Assembly (NCBI GenBank): GCA_002633005.1
Contig: NMRA01000638.1
Coordinates: 1 to 64,000 of the forward strand
From: Phoronis australis
Lineage: Eukaryota; Animalia; Phoronida
Direction: 5' to 3'
DNA length: 64,000 nucleotides
The notes beneath the pieces were generated by a model that saw only the letters and a program-made list of their open reading frames with translations, searched no databases and was not told where the DNA came from. The translations under genes and the position numbers were made by a program. Of the stretch, positions 26,283-38,383 are shown in pieces. Within the stretch, counting starts at the first letter, position 1, and the number at the start of each line of letters is the position of its first letter.

Positions 26283-27733
26283 AACGAGAGCGCTCGGAAG
26301 AGCGACACTTGGCAGAATTAATCGAAAAGACGACAATGAGAGCGACGATGACAATCATGACGATCTAGGCGGCCATTATGAATAAAACGATAACATTCAT
26401 GTGACTAGCGAAGAAATCAAATAGAGAGCATACAATCAACTACAATTAAGAACAATAGATGGCGCAACATGACGGTCCAGTCTACAGAAGAACAGTGCTG
26501 GCTGGGTCAGTCTGGGTCAACTAGGCATAACCAAAACCAAGCGAACTGAAAGCCAGCCAGCTGCGTGCTTGCATAGAGGACCGAAGGAACAATAGTATCC
26601 GAAAATCTCGAATAATTCAAAAAGTAGACGTCGTAGCGCAAAATGGAAAATATCTTCTGAAAGCCCGTTCAAAACTCTATCTAAAATGGTAGTTTGGCAA
26701 ACACGATAACATTCATGTGACTAGCGAAGAAATCAAATAGAGAGCATACAATCAACTACAATAAAGAACAATAGATGGCGCAACATGACGGACGAGCCAT
26801 GCTTTACAGTAGGACAGTGCTGGCTGGGTCAGTCTGGGTCAACTAGGCATAATCAAAACAAAGTGAACTGAAAGCCAGCCAGCTGCGTAATTGCATTGGT
26901 GACCGAAGGAACAACGGTATCCGAAAATCTCGAATAATTCAAAAAGTAGACGTTGTAGCGCAAAATGGAAAATATCTTCTGAAAGCCAGTTCAAAATTCT
27001 ATATAAAGTGATAGTTTGGCAAAAATCCAAAAAATTTTTGAGAAAATTGAAAATTTGCCGTTTTTTTTGAAATTCAAAGTCAAATAACTCGAAAACGGTA
27101 AGTCTGAGAAATATGCTCTCCCATACTTTTTGAAAGGCCATACTTCAAGGAATCCACATGCAAAAATTCACGTCATTTACTCGTCCCGTTAAAAATGCGA
27201 CACCAGAGCGATTGAAACCGTGTGAACATGCGCCACAGCCGCCATCTTGAAAGTGACTTCCGGTCCAATAATTTTTTATAAAAGCTTATTAAACTCAACA
27301 AACACGTGACCAGTTTGAAAGTGATTGGTTTGCAATTGCGCCCTCTACAGGAGAAAACGTTTTTAGCCATATTTCGGGGTGCCATGCGCCACGTCCAATA
27401 TTTCCGCCATCTTTAACCGGAAGTCAACGATTTTCTGCACAATTGTAGCACATGCGTCCCAGTATATTCGTACCGATTTTCAGCCATGTAGGTCGAAAAA
27501 TGCGGCCTCTACGAGTATTTGACTGTGAAATCGGATACAAAATGGTCGCCACGTCCGAAATTTTGTATCCGATCATGACCAAAAACAATAGGGTTCCAGT
27601 ACTTCTGGATCTACATGTTGTGTGAAAATTTTGTGAAAATCGGACTAAAATTGCGACCTGTAGAGAGCGAACAAACAAAAAAAAACTTGCTGTCAGACCA
27701 ACATACTTGGCGGAAGAATTCCTCCAAGTAACG
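26283..27733 (+). mobile_element. Second HINE/Helentron-like non-autonomous element (family H2) with an internal duplication of about 315 bp
   Basis: 5' AACGAGAGCGCTCGGAAGAGCG hairpin; 3' ACAAACAAA run then hairpin TACTTGGCGGAAGAATTCCTCCAAGTA; 26387-26700 is repeated at 26702-27020. Confidence 0.6.
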
Positions 27734-28858
27734 AGGGAACAGCCATTACGTAAAACCCTAAGTTTTCTATCCTGCCATCCTGCCAGCAGCCTGTGCAATG
27801 CCCTCCCATCATTAGTGGTTACGCCCCTTGGTCTGCAACATGCTCAACGTGCTCTAGCAGAAGTTGGCAGTCCCTATCTATAGTCTATGGTTACATTACA
27901 GCTCTGGTGATGACTTGTTTACTATTTTCTGTCTTGCTGCCTCACTCATTTCACTTCACGGATGTAACTGGACTGATATATCGACACTTGATGTCTTATT
28001 GTTCATAACCTGATAATGTCTAATGAGTAGACTAAACGTTGAATGAATATGAACAATTTTAATTTGTGCGGCGATTGTTCGTCATTTCATACTATTATGG
28101 CTAAAAACTGATGTATCATCCAAAATATATGGCATTTCCTCAACTAAATAATGGAAACTTTATATCTAGCCATTGTGGCTTCATTTTAATACTGTATGTT
28201 CAGGTAGAGGCTACTGATATATACATGGAGAACTGAGACCAAGCAAGCCATCATAGTTGATATTATGAAGCTGAATCATAGCTAAGCCCAGGGTAAAGCT
28301 GTTAAAAGCACTGCCTAAATGTATTTGGGTTTACGTGAATCCAACCGGAGAGTAAATATAATGGAAAAGCAAGGGCAGCTGGTTAATTCTACTAGTTAAA
28401 AAGATTTTAACATGGAAATTAAATTCAAAGCCAGGGTTAATGGAAATCACATCAACTTTAAAATACGCTAGATCTCAAGAAAAGAGAAAAAAGACAGAAT
28501 GTCCAAGTATGTTAAGCAAATCCCTTGGTCTTCAAGTGAATAATGTTGCAACCAAATATTCCAATGTTTGACTCCTGAACATCAAATGTATAATGACATT
28601 ATTCTCTAACTCATAGCAATAACATCTAAAGCACATGTGAACCATTTTATGAACTAACAGCATAAAAAGCAATGTTGCTTAAAGGTAACCATGCCAACAT
28701 TCTACTCAACTGAATATTTTCCATAGTTTTGGTCTCAAATAAATGACCATATTACTGTAACTATTACAGCACTGTAGTCCTCTGTACTTTTGAAGTACAG
28801 TAATTAACACAGTATGAATCACGCACAGGATAGCAAAACAAGGATTATTTCAGCTTAC

Positions 28859-28976
28859 CTCTGCACGGGTCATTCTTAACTAGAAACTCATCCAGCGCAC
28901 ACCAACCACCGCCAACGCGCACCATGACGGTGCTACGAAGGATGCGAACAAGTCGCAACTTCTGTGACTCTCCAAA
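28859..28976 (-). CDS. MACF1: spectraplakin GAR domain exon 2
   Basis: CAG|[39 protein letters not shown]+1|GTAAGC; 118 nt. Confidence 0.97.
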
Positions 28977-29402
28977 CTGTGGAAAAACAAGAATATCACA
29001 AACATAATAACAATACGCTCATTTTGCTATATGAAGAAGATTAAAGATTATGAATTTTTTGCTATTGTCCTGTTATTCCTCATAAGACATTACTGAGAAC
29101 AACTGATGAAGGAGGCAGTGCGCATAGGGAGCTGGGGGGGGGGCCGCTGCGCCGCCCATGATCTATGGGTGGTGCACCAAAGGGGGGCTGGGGGGGCTAC
29201 AGCCCCCATTTTTTCAGTGCTACAGTCCCCATTTTTTCAGTGCTGTGCCACCCATGGTGTAGCCTGGTGGAGTAAGTGAAAATACACTACTTCCTTTACT
29301 AAAGATCATTGGTCAGAGTCTCACTAGGCCACGCTGTTTGCTAGAACCCTGACTCAGGTCTCTAGCTCCTCAACTCGATTTTAACTATATATTAATAATT
29401 AA

Positions 29403-30856
29403 AACAAGAGCAATGCAGAGCGTTCACATGTGCCCACGAATGCATCGCAAATGGTGTACTTTTAGGTTTGCTTATTTATGTCATAAAAATGGCCACTAGA
29501 TGGCGCAAAAATGTATAGTCCATCCAAAAATGGGAACATGTCATTGCTACTTTAATGAAAAGCTATACACTAAATTTCATAGAAATTTGACACAGAACTT
29601 AAGAGAAACAAACAAAAAGAGAATAAAATGAAATTGCCACTAGGAGGCACACTGTTATTGGATAAGCCTGAAAGTCGTCATTGTCTGTTGTTAGCTTCAT
29701 ATTAATACACTTACTAATTAAATTTAATAAAGATACTGTAGTGGGTTTAGGAAATACAGCCATGGGCGCAAAACAAAACGAAACAAGATTACCACTAGGA
29801 GGCGCCACAGTAGTCAAAGTTGTCATTGTCAGCCGTCCTCTTCACACTCTTCGTCTGTTGTCATCATCATATAAATGCACTTACTAAATTTAATAAAGAT
29901 CCTGCAAACGGTTTAGGAGATATAGTCATAGGGGCAAAAAACAAAACTGCTACAAGGAGGCGCCACAATCATAAAAGTCATCGTAAAATCATCATCAACC
30001 GTCCTCTTCACGGCTAGAACATACATGCCAATTTTCACAATCATGCTTTGAACGATTTGGTTGATAGAAAGGTGGAAGTTAAAAAACAGACCTGAAAACA
30101 GTAAAAAATGGCTGCTAGGCGGCGCAAACTATGTCAAATTCATCAGAAAACGGGAGGACACTAATAGATGCCTATATACCAAATTTTGTGAAAATACGTT
30201 GAGGACCTTTGATACAGAGATAAACGTAAAAAAATAAAATTGCCACTAGGTGGCACACTTGTACTCAGATCTATCCGAAAGTCGTCGTCCTCTGTTGTCA
30301 TCATCATATAAATGCACTTACTAAATTTAGTAAAGATCCTGCAAACGGTTTAGGAGATATATCCATAGGCGCTAAAAAAAACAAAACTGCAACTCTAGGA
30401 GGTGCCACAGTAGTCGAAGTCATGGTAAAATCATTGTCAACCGTCCTCTTCCTAGTAAAAACATACATGCCAATTTTCACAATCATGCTTAGACCCGTTT
30501 GGTTGATAGAAGGGTGGACACTTGAAAACGGCAAAAATGGCCACTAGGTGGTGCTACGTCGAATCCATCCAAAAACGGGAGGATATTGTCATTTCACTAA
30601 TAGATGCCTATATACCAAATTTTGTGAAAATAAGTTGAGGATCTTTGAAGATACAGAGGTAAACGTAAAAAAACTAAAATTGCCACTAGGGGGCACACCG
30701 GTAGTCGAATCCGTCGCAAAGTTCGCTCATGCCGTCCCATCTATGAAAGAAACGCATGAGCAAAAATTTCATGAACATATGTCAATCGGTTTCGGAGACA
30801 GAGCAGCGGACGCCGGCCGGCCGGACAGATGACGGCATAATGCGTCCACATATAAC
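29403..30856 (+). mobile_element. HINE-like family H1, copy 3
   Basis: 5' AACAAGAGCAATGCAGAGC...TGTGCCCACGAATGCATCGC, 9 monomers, GGAC repeats, half of the 3' hairpin. Confidence 0.8.
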
Positions 30857-31760
30857 AATGGTTCCAGGTGATCAGTGCAGTGGACAAACATGCGTGGCCT
30901 GCGAACGTCTGGTACAACAAGTTGTAAAATGAGGGCCTTCTCATCCATCACAATCTATCATTGTATCACATCAGACAACTGAATTTTAACAACATCATGA
31001 AACTGGATTTTTTTCAAATGAGCATGACATATAAGATATGCCATGCATATTCTCAAAATGGTAAAAATTTGCCAACTTTTAATTACAGCTCAACTCGTCT
31101 ATGCACTTCTGAAGGAACTGAATGCGGTTTAGTATAGTTTATTCTCTATCTATAATTCTATTACACAATCATGTACATTAGCACCTTCCGTACACTAAGG
31201 CCTAAATCAAAATGAAACTACGTGATTGCCTTCGAGTAAAATGTGTATGACTCAAAATACTACACTTAATGGAACATTATTTTGTTGGTAAAAAATATTT
31301 TTGGAGCAGAAAAGAGTGCATTCTAACAATAATAAGAAGAAAATCTTTGCCATCTCAGAGGAGTCATCGATAAAAGATCAAGGAAAATAAATAATATTTA
31401 AAAAATGGCCTAACATAAGCTGTTGGGTCTAAAGGGCTCATTTTACAACTTGTGCAGACTACGGTAAACGACTTAAGTATTCAGAAAAAATAACACAGAA
31501 TTCCCTGTCATGATGGCTGGGTGGAAGCCAAATTCATTCAGAGTAGTCTTCCCTCATGACTGAGAATGAAGAAGGATTAACCAAGAAGTTAGTAAGATGG
31601 CTAAGATAATCTATCATCAGAATTTTGATATCATAATAGTTGTTTCCAATCATTTTTGCTGTTAACAGAATTATCTGCCATGACTGTGAATGGTGTTTTG
31701 TCAGATACTTCCATCTTCTTTGTACTTTTAATGAAACAAAAACTTATGCATTTCACTCAC

Positions 31761-31877
31761 CCTGTATTTGCCCTCTCCTATCTTGTGTATGCGGTACTGC
31801 TTATGACAGGTACACTTGGATACCTGTTTTTTCACCTCGTCCATGATCAACAAGTGATCCGGCTGATTCTTGGCAGG
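31761..31877 (-). CDS. MACF1: spectraplakin GAR (GAS2) domain exon 1
   Basis: CAG|PAKNQPDHLLIMDEVKKQVSKCTCHKQYRIHKIGEGKYR|GTGAGT; 117 nt; CxC zinc ligands. Confidence 0.95.
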
Positions 31878-32458
31878 CTGGAAACACAAAGGTTGCAGTG
31901 TAACAGAATAATTGTAACTTGACATTTAAGGTCTAGAGGCCAGAGGAGAAGAGGTGGGTAGCAAAACGCTTACAAATATAGACAAAAAATGTCACTGATC
32001 CGAGTATTCAAGCATGACTCACCTGTCATCCATTGCAAAACAATTGCCACACAAACGAGAAACAAATAGCTTTTTGATAATTAAAATATCATTTTGAATC
32101 ACAGAAATTATCAATGATTTTAAACTAAGACTTAAGTAACAACCAGCAAGCATTCTTGACATGGCAACATTTTGCTGCAGCACTTTATTGACAACATGAG
32201 CAAGATAATTCAATAAAATGTAATTGATCATGATTGTAGATTGGGAATTTCATTTATCAACATTAAAGTGACAACCTTTCCATCGCACCACTTTCAATGG
32301 TTTTAGTGTATTGGTGACTAAGAGAAGAGCAATAAATTAACATTGAAATCACCAATCCCATGGACAGGAATGCACAACAGAGTGCACAAACTCTCTCCCC
32401 CCCATCTCTCTCTCCCCCATCTCTCTCTCCCCTATCTGTCTCCCTCTCCCCCCCCTAC

Positions 32459-33326
32459 NNNNNNNNNNNNNNNNNNNNNNNNNNNNNNNNNNNNNNNNNN
32501 NNNNNNNNNNNNNNNNNNNNNNNNNNNNNNNNNNNNNNNNNNNNNNNNNNNNNNNNNNNNNNNNNNNNNNNNNNNNNNNNNNNNNNNNNNNNNNNNNNNN
32601 NNNNNNNNNNNNNNNNNNNNNNNNNNNNNNNNNNNNNNNNNNNNNNNNNNNNNNNNNNNNNNNNNNNNNNNNNNNNNNNNNNNNNNNNNNNNNNNNNNNN
32701 NNNNNNNNNNNNNNNNNNNNNNNNNNNNNNNNNNNNNNNNNNNNNNNNNNNNNNNNNNNNNNNNNNNNNNNNNNNNNNNNNNNNNNNNNNNNNNNNNNNN
32801 NNNNNNNNNNNNNNNNNNNNNNNNNNNNNNNNNNNNNNNNNNNNNNNNNNNNNNNNNNNNNNNNNNNNNNNNNNNNNNNNNNNNNNNNNNNNNNNNNNNN
32901 NNNNNNNNNNNNNNNNNNNNNNNNNNNNNNNNNNNNNNNNNNNNNNNNNNNNNNNNNNNNNNNNNNNNNNNNNNNNNNNNNNNNNNNNNNNNNNNNNNNN
33001 NNNNNNNNNNNNNNNNNNNNNNNNNNNNNNNNNNNNNNNNNNNNNNNNNNNNNNNNNNNNNNNNNNNNNNNNNNNNNNNNNNNNNNNNNNNNNNNNNNNN
33101 NNNNNNNNNNNNNNNNNNNNNNNNNNNNNNNNNNNNNNNNNNNNNNNNNNNNNNNNNNNNNNNNNNNNNNNNNNNNNNNNNNNNNNNNNNNNNNNNNNNN
33201 NNNNNNNNNNNNNNNNNNNNNNNNNNNNNNNNNNNNNNNNNNNNNNNNNNNNNNNNNNNNNNNNNNNNNNNNNNNNNNNNNNNNNNNNNNNNNNNNNNNN
33301 NNNNNNNNNNNNNNNNNNNNNNNNNN
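32459..33326. other. Assembly gap (others at 40207-40298 and 47977-48469)
   Basis: N runs. Confidence 0.99.
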
Positions 33327-33365
33327 ATAAAAAAGCACCATGATCAAGATGTGATGGATACTAAC

Positions 33366-33528
33366 TGGTTGACAAGATGCCTGCAATGAACTCTTCCCTC
33401 GTCACCTTCCCGTCATGGTCTTTGTCGATGCGGCGAAAGAAATCCATGACACGTGACTTGTTCTGGTTGTGGTGTTGCATGTAACGGTTGCGCCATTCTT
33501 CAAAGTCAAAGTAACGCAGTCGCTCCAA
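33366..33528 (-). CDS. MACF1: spectraplakin EF-hand 1 exon
   Basis: CAG|[54 protein letters not shown]+1|GTTAGT; 163 nt. Confidence 0.95.
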
Positions 33529-34004
33529 CTGGAACAGTCATTAGCACTTCTCAATATTACTATTACCATTACCATTCCTATTATTATTGCTACTGTTATT
33601 ACTATCATTACTATTATTATTATGATCTATCAGTGCCAACAGCATTCTTATAACAGCAATTTTAGAGTCAATATTCAACTATACGCAAAAGCTCAAAACC
33701 ATGAAGGGAGGTTCACAACAAAATTTAACAAATTTGAATCAAGTAATTAGAAAAAATCTTAATCACATAAAAATGATAATACACATACAAAACAAGACAT
33801 CATTTGTCAGAAAGGGTACCAATTTTGATACAGTACAGGAAACATAAATCAAATTATTTTTGTATCTCCTGATCTTACGGTGCAAAGTAGCTCTGATGTT
33901 ACTCCGAAGCACTCAGAACTGAAAGGACACATGGATATGCATAACCCTGGACAGATGCACAAAATGTGATGGACAGATACACTACTCAATCACATCCACT
34001 TTAC

Positions 34005-34164
34005 CTCTTTCTGGTACTCCAGTGCATCCTGCAAGACACGCCTCCTGTCCATGGCCATGAGCCAGACCTGACGCCACTTAATAAACAGTGCGCCCACTCG
34101 TGGGTTCTTGAACTGAGGCTCGGGTGTGGCTGTTGAGGATCGTCTTGACTCAGGCCGGTGCTGA
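34005..34164 (-). CDS. MACF1: spectraplakin exon preceding the EF-hands
   Basis: TAG|+1 QHRPESRR...PQFKNPRVGALFIKWRQVWLMAMDRRRVLQDALEYQKE|GTAAAG; 160 nt. Confidence 0.92.
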
Positions 34165-34766
34165 CTACAAATGGGAGACAACGATGCGTGTATAGAGACT
34201 TTGAATGCATTTTGTCTACACTTAAGCAAACTAACACATTTGACGATAGTTTTTAACAAGAGCAACACGGAGCATTGAAATGTGCCCACGAATGCATCGC
34301 AAACAGTGTGCTTTTAGAGTTGTTTATTTGTATCGTAAAAATGGCCACTAGATGGCACAAAAACAAACAATACATCCGAAAACGAGAACATTTCATTGCT
34401 TCTTTAATAGAAAGTTAAACACCAATTTTCATAGAAATCCATTATGGAACTTCAGAGAAACAAAGGAAAAAAGAATAAAATGAAATTGCCACTAGGGGGC
34501 ACACTGTTCATTGGATCCACCTAAAAGTCGTAATTGTCTGTTGTTAGCTTCATATAAATACACTTACAAATTAAATTTAATAAAGATCCTGGCGAGGGTT
34601 TAAGAGATACAGATGCCCGTATTCAAAATTATATGAAAATCCGTTAAGGACCTTTGAAGTGAACACAAAACTAAAATTGCTACCAGGGGGCACCCCAGTA
34701 GTCAGATCCATCCGAAAATCGTCATTGTTCATTGTCAACATCATATAAACACACTTCTTAAATTTA

Positions 34767-35264
34767 CAGGGCTTGGAATGACCAATGACAAAAAACGCGG
34801 AAACTTTTACGGCCCAAATCATGCGCGCTACCCAGCCTTGAAATGGTCGATGTGAACTTTTCCCCAACAAAAATCGGGAGTACTAAAAAAAAAATGTTAC
34901 CACCATCAGTAGCATGCGTCTGCGTCCTTTTAGGTCGTCCGTCCACTCCCAACCCACACATTTTTGGCTGCAGAGCCGTAGTATTTGTCGCCGCAATTTA
35001 CAATAACACGAGACGCCATTGAAAATCCCACCACGCTATCCCAGATGCCCCGGCAATGTTGACAATTTACGTTCCTCCGAAACATAAAGAGCAACTTCCG
35101 CTTTTCGAGGTGAACGTCGTCTGCAATGCCGCGGTAAGAAAGGAATTTTGCGCGGAAATTTTATATCAAATCTGATTTTTTTACGCGGAAATATAATAAA
35201 ATGCGTGGACAGAACATTTGAAGAAAGCGGAAATCCGCGTTTCCGCGGAAAATTCCACGCCCTG
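34767..35264. mobile_element. CAGGG-ended TIR element with 6-bp TSD (AATTTA)
   Basis: AATTTA|CAGGGCTTGGAA...TTCCACGCCCTG|AATTTA; the empty site is visible in other H1 monomers (CTAAATTTAGTAAAG). Confidence 0.85.
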
Positions 35265-35814
35265 AATTTAGTAAAGATTGTACAAACGGTTTAGGAGATA
35301 CAGCCATGGGCGCAAAAAACGAAACTGCCACTAGGAAGCGCCACAGTAGTCGAAGTCATCAAAAAATCATCGTCACCCCCCACTCATAGTAAAACACACA
35401 TGCCAATTTTCACAATTATCCAGAAAGTGGTTTGGTTGACGGAGGGGTGGACGCCAAAAAACAGATTAAAAAACAGTAAAAATATCCACCAGGTGGCGCA
35501 AACTAGGTCGAATCCATCTGAAAACGGAAAGATAGCCTCAACTCACTAACAGAAGACTATACACGAAATTTTATGAAAATACATTGAGGCAAACGAAAAA
35601 ACAAAATTGCCACTAGGTGGCACACCAGTAGTCAAATCTGTCCGAAAGTTGTTGTTGTCCGTTGTCATCATCATATAAATGCACTTACTAAATATAGTAA
35701 AGATCCTGCTAATGGTTTAGGAGATATAGCGATAGACACAAAAAACAAAACTGCCACTAGGAGGCGCCACAGTAGTCAAAGTCGTCGGAAATCATCGTCA
35801 ACCGTTCTCTTTAT

Positions 35815-37526
35815 AGACCCTATAAAGCGAGGCTCACTGCATTAAACAAAGCAAAAGTAGACATTGTGTGAGTTACATAGCCGGTCTTTCGAGTCCAACC
35901 TGGATATTAAATTTTAATGATGTGTCAACAATTAACCACAGAGACGTAGAAAATTACATTATAGAACAAGTTAAGGCGCCAAAGAGTTGTCTGACGAAAG
36001 GGTTTAATTTTTTTCGGAAAACTAGGTTCGAAACATGAAAAGTAAATATGACCAAATTGTGGCGATCGTAGTGTTACGGATTAGGTATTATGCTGAATGC
36101 AGGGTTACGTTTCTTCTTGTAAATTGTTGATCAAAATACTTTCTACGCGGACCAGGTCATCTGCTCGTATTGTTGACGAGTTGAAGACATATTCGACAGT
36201 GGTGGCTGTCATGTGCAATTAGTCACATCTGGTTTAATTTGTTGATCAAGAATATCAACATGATGCATAGCCTGATCCTATGCACTCACTGGGTCTAACA
36301 GTTGATTTGTCATTGATCTGAAAGAATAATTGATGTTATTAAATATATATTTTATTAAAATAAAAAAACCAGGCTCGTAATTGAAAATAAAAATTATTTG
36401 ACCATCAATTCTGCTTTCTTGGTTGTAATAATTCTTACGTCTATTTCATGTGTTAGATTTCAAATATCAATCTGGACCAAGTTGAATTTTAAAATTAAAA
36501 CACCTAATTTGTTCGTCCAAAACATAACCTCGTTTTAGAACTCAATTTCAATTAACTGGACAATGCAATCATAGTTATCATGTTTCTGCAGGAGCCTCGT
36601 TCATCCGAGGTGAAAGGTGCCAGTGCCTACTGAGAGGCGATTTTTTCGCCGAGTGAGGGCGGAAACAATCTACCTCCCGATCACCATCAGTAGCACCCCC
36701 GCCCTGTTGCAAGCTCTCATAGGCTCTGTCTCAATTTAAAGTAGCCTTTTGTGCTCTTAAAAATTGTCACCTGTGTGGTTACAGGTGATGTGAACTCAGA
36801 GAGATTTTTCACTAGGCGAATTTTTATGCCTCGTGGGGGAATTTCGCGTAATATTTCAATATTTTTGAGAGGGGAATAGGGCCGATATTGGGCCCCAAAT
36901 TTGAGGGATTGAGGGCCCTGTCCTTTTTAGAAAGAAAAATTATGTTTCAACCTGTAGCAGGGGCGGATCCAGGATTTCGAGTTGGAGGGGAATGCAGGGG
37001 TCTTGAATTCTTGGGTTTGCAGACCTATTGACTAAAAAAAAGAAAAGGTAAACGGGGTTCATTCAGCGCCTATGCGTTGTTTATTCACCCCCCAAGACGC
37101 CCTGGTTGCGCACGTGTGCTAGTCAGCAATTCGCACCCAAACTCAAAAGTGGGATCTGATACAATTTTGGGGGGGGGCATGGAACCCCCCCTAAATCCGT
37201 AGTCATGAAAGCACAGCCTGGATGGCCCATTCTTTGGTCGTTACTATGATGCTTGACAACTGACTGAGATGCGACAAAATATGATCTAACTTTTCGAAAA
37301 CATTACACGGACACATTTTGCTTCGTCCCAGCGTATGGCAATGACCCAAAACTTCCGAATCTCAACGTCTTTAGCGACTGTAAAGCAGACAGTTGCGTGT
37401 CCGTATTTTTTCTATCCGTTCGCGGAACAAGACGGACTGAAACACAGAACTATGCTGATAAGCTAACAGAGCTATCGTAATGAGCCTCGTTTTGGAACGC
37501 GCCTCCTGTCGGCGTGAATAGGGTCT
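35815..37526. mobile_element. Non-autonomous TIR element with AT TSD (ISL2EU-like)
   Basis: AT|AGACCCTAT...ATAGGGTCT|AT inserted in an H1 monomer (TTC-AT-AGTAAG). The superfamily is inferred from the TSD and termini only. Confidence 0.65.
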
Positions 37527-37891
37527 ATAGTGAGAACGAACATGCCAATTTTCACAATCATGCTTCGAGTGCTTTGGTTGATAGAGGGGTGGATGCTAAA
37601 AAACAGACGCGAAAACAGTAAAAATGGCCACTAATATTGCAGTACACTAAGAAATGACTGAGTGAACTCTGAGTGAACTCATAAGTTGATTAAAAATGTC
37701 AAACTACTGAAAGCTCACTAGTTCAGCTTCACTGTCAAGTCTTCCATCAGCAGAGAAAATTAATCACACTTCGTTCATGAGAAAAAAAATGTACAAAGTC
37801 ATTGCACAGAACCTCTCCATAATGTAGTTGATTCAACCAAACAAAATCCCAAATATAATGAAGCAAATGATCAAAGCTGCGCAGCATGTAC

Positions 37892-38043
37892 CCAGGTTTC
37901 GGCGTGATGCTCCTTCGTGCCAACCGGTCCAAACTCTGTTGTGAGCCGTACATGTCAGAGTCTACTGACTGCCGTCGCTGCCTCATTTGTTTGGTGATCA
38001 TCTCAAACTGAGGCTGCTTGCCAGACATGTCTTGTTCAAACTC
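37892..38043 (-). CDS. MACF1: spectraplakin exon
   Basis: TAG|EFEQDMSGKQPQFEMITKQ...RRSITPKP+2|GTACAT; 152 nt; phase 2 matches the next exon. Confidence 0.85.
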
Positions 38044-38383
38044 CTAGAATACATTAACACCAATAATGCACATTTGTAATGGAGAAGAATGAAATTTAAT
38101 TTCTCTGCATTTACTTTGACTGAACTGGAAATATCATCGGCTTGCAATTTTGGATCCATACAAGAGTTTTCCACAACCCGTCTTGTTTAATATTGTAAGA
38201 AGTTTCTTGTCCTACAACTTAAGAGAGATTATTTAAATTGCCAAGTTAACAACAAAACTTTCTTGATAATGCAGAACTAGGATATCCACCAGGCGATCTT
38301 TGTTCACCTTTCAAACATCCATTACTGTCACAAGTATCTCAATGCTTATTCGTGACCGTAACAAATCTCTAATTAATGAAATA

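Larger units (their letters stand above)
34255..37633 (+). mobile_element. HINE-like family H1, copy 4, interrupted by two nested DNA transposons
   Basis: Same AACAAGAGC 5' end as copy 3; the monomer sequence resumes exactly after 35264 and after 37526. Confidence 0.78.

Noticed and set aside
29117-29260. G-run segments (also about 5110-5240, 36955-37200 and 61235-61350) as G-quadruplex regulators
   Set aside because: They look like common GC-rich MITE fragments; ends and TSDs were not established and nothing indicates function.
32343-33389. Long ORFs of 327-348 aa (also 47936-48484 and 40194-40391)
   Set aside because: Artefacts of translating through N runs.
33453-33750. Tyr-rich and Ile/Thr-rich ORFs
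   Set aside because: Degenerate (TAT/TAC)n microsatellite overlapping the antisense of a real exon.
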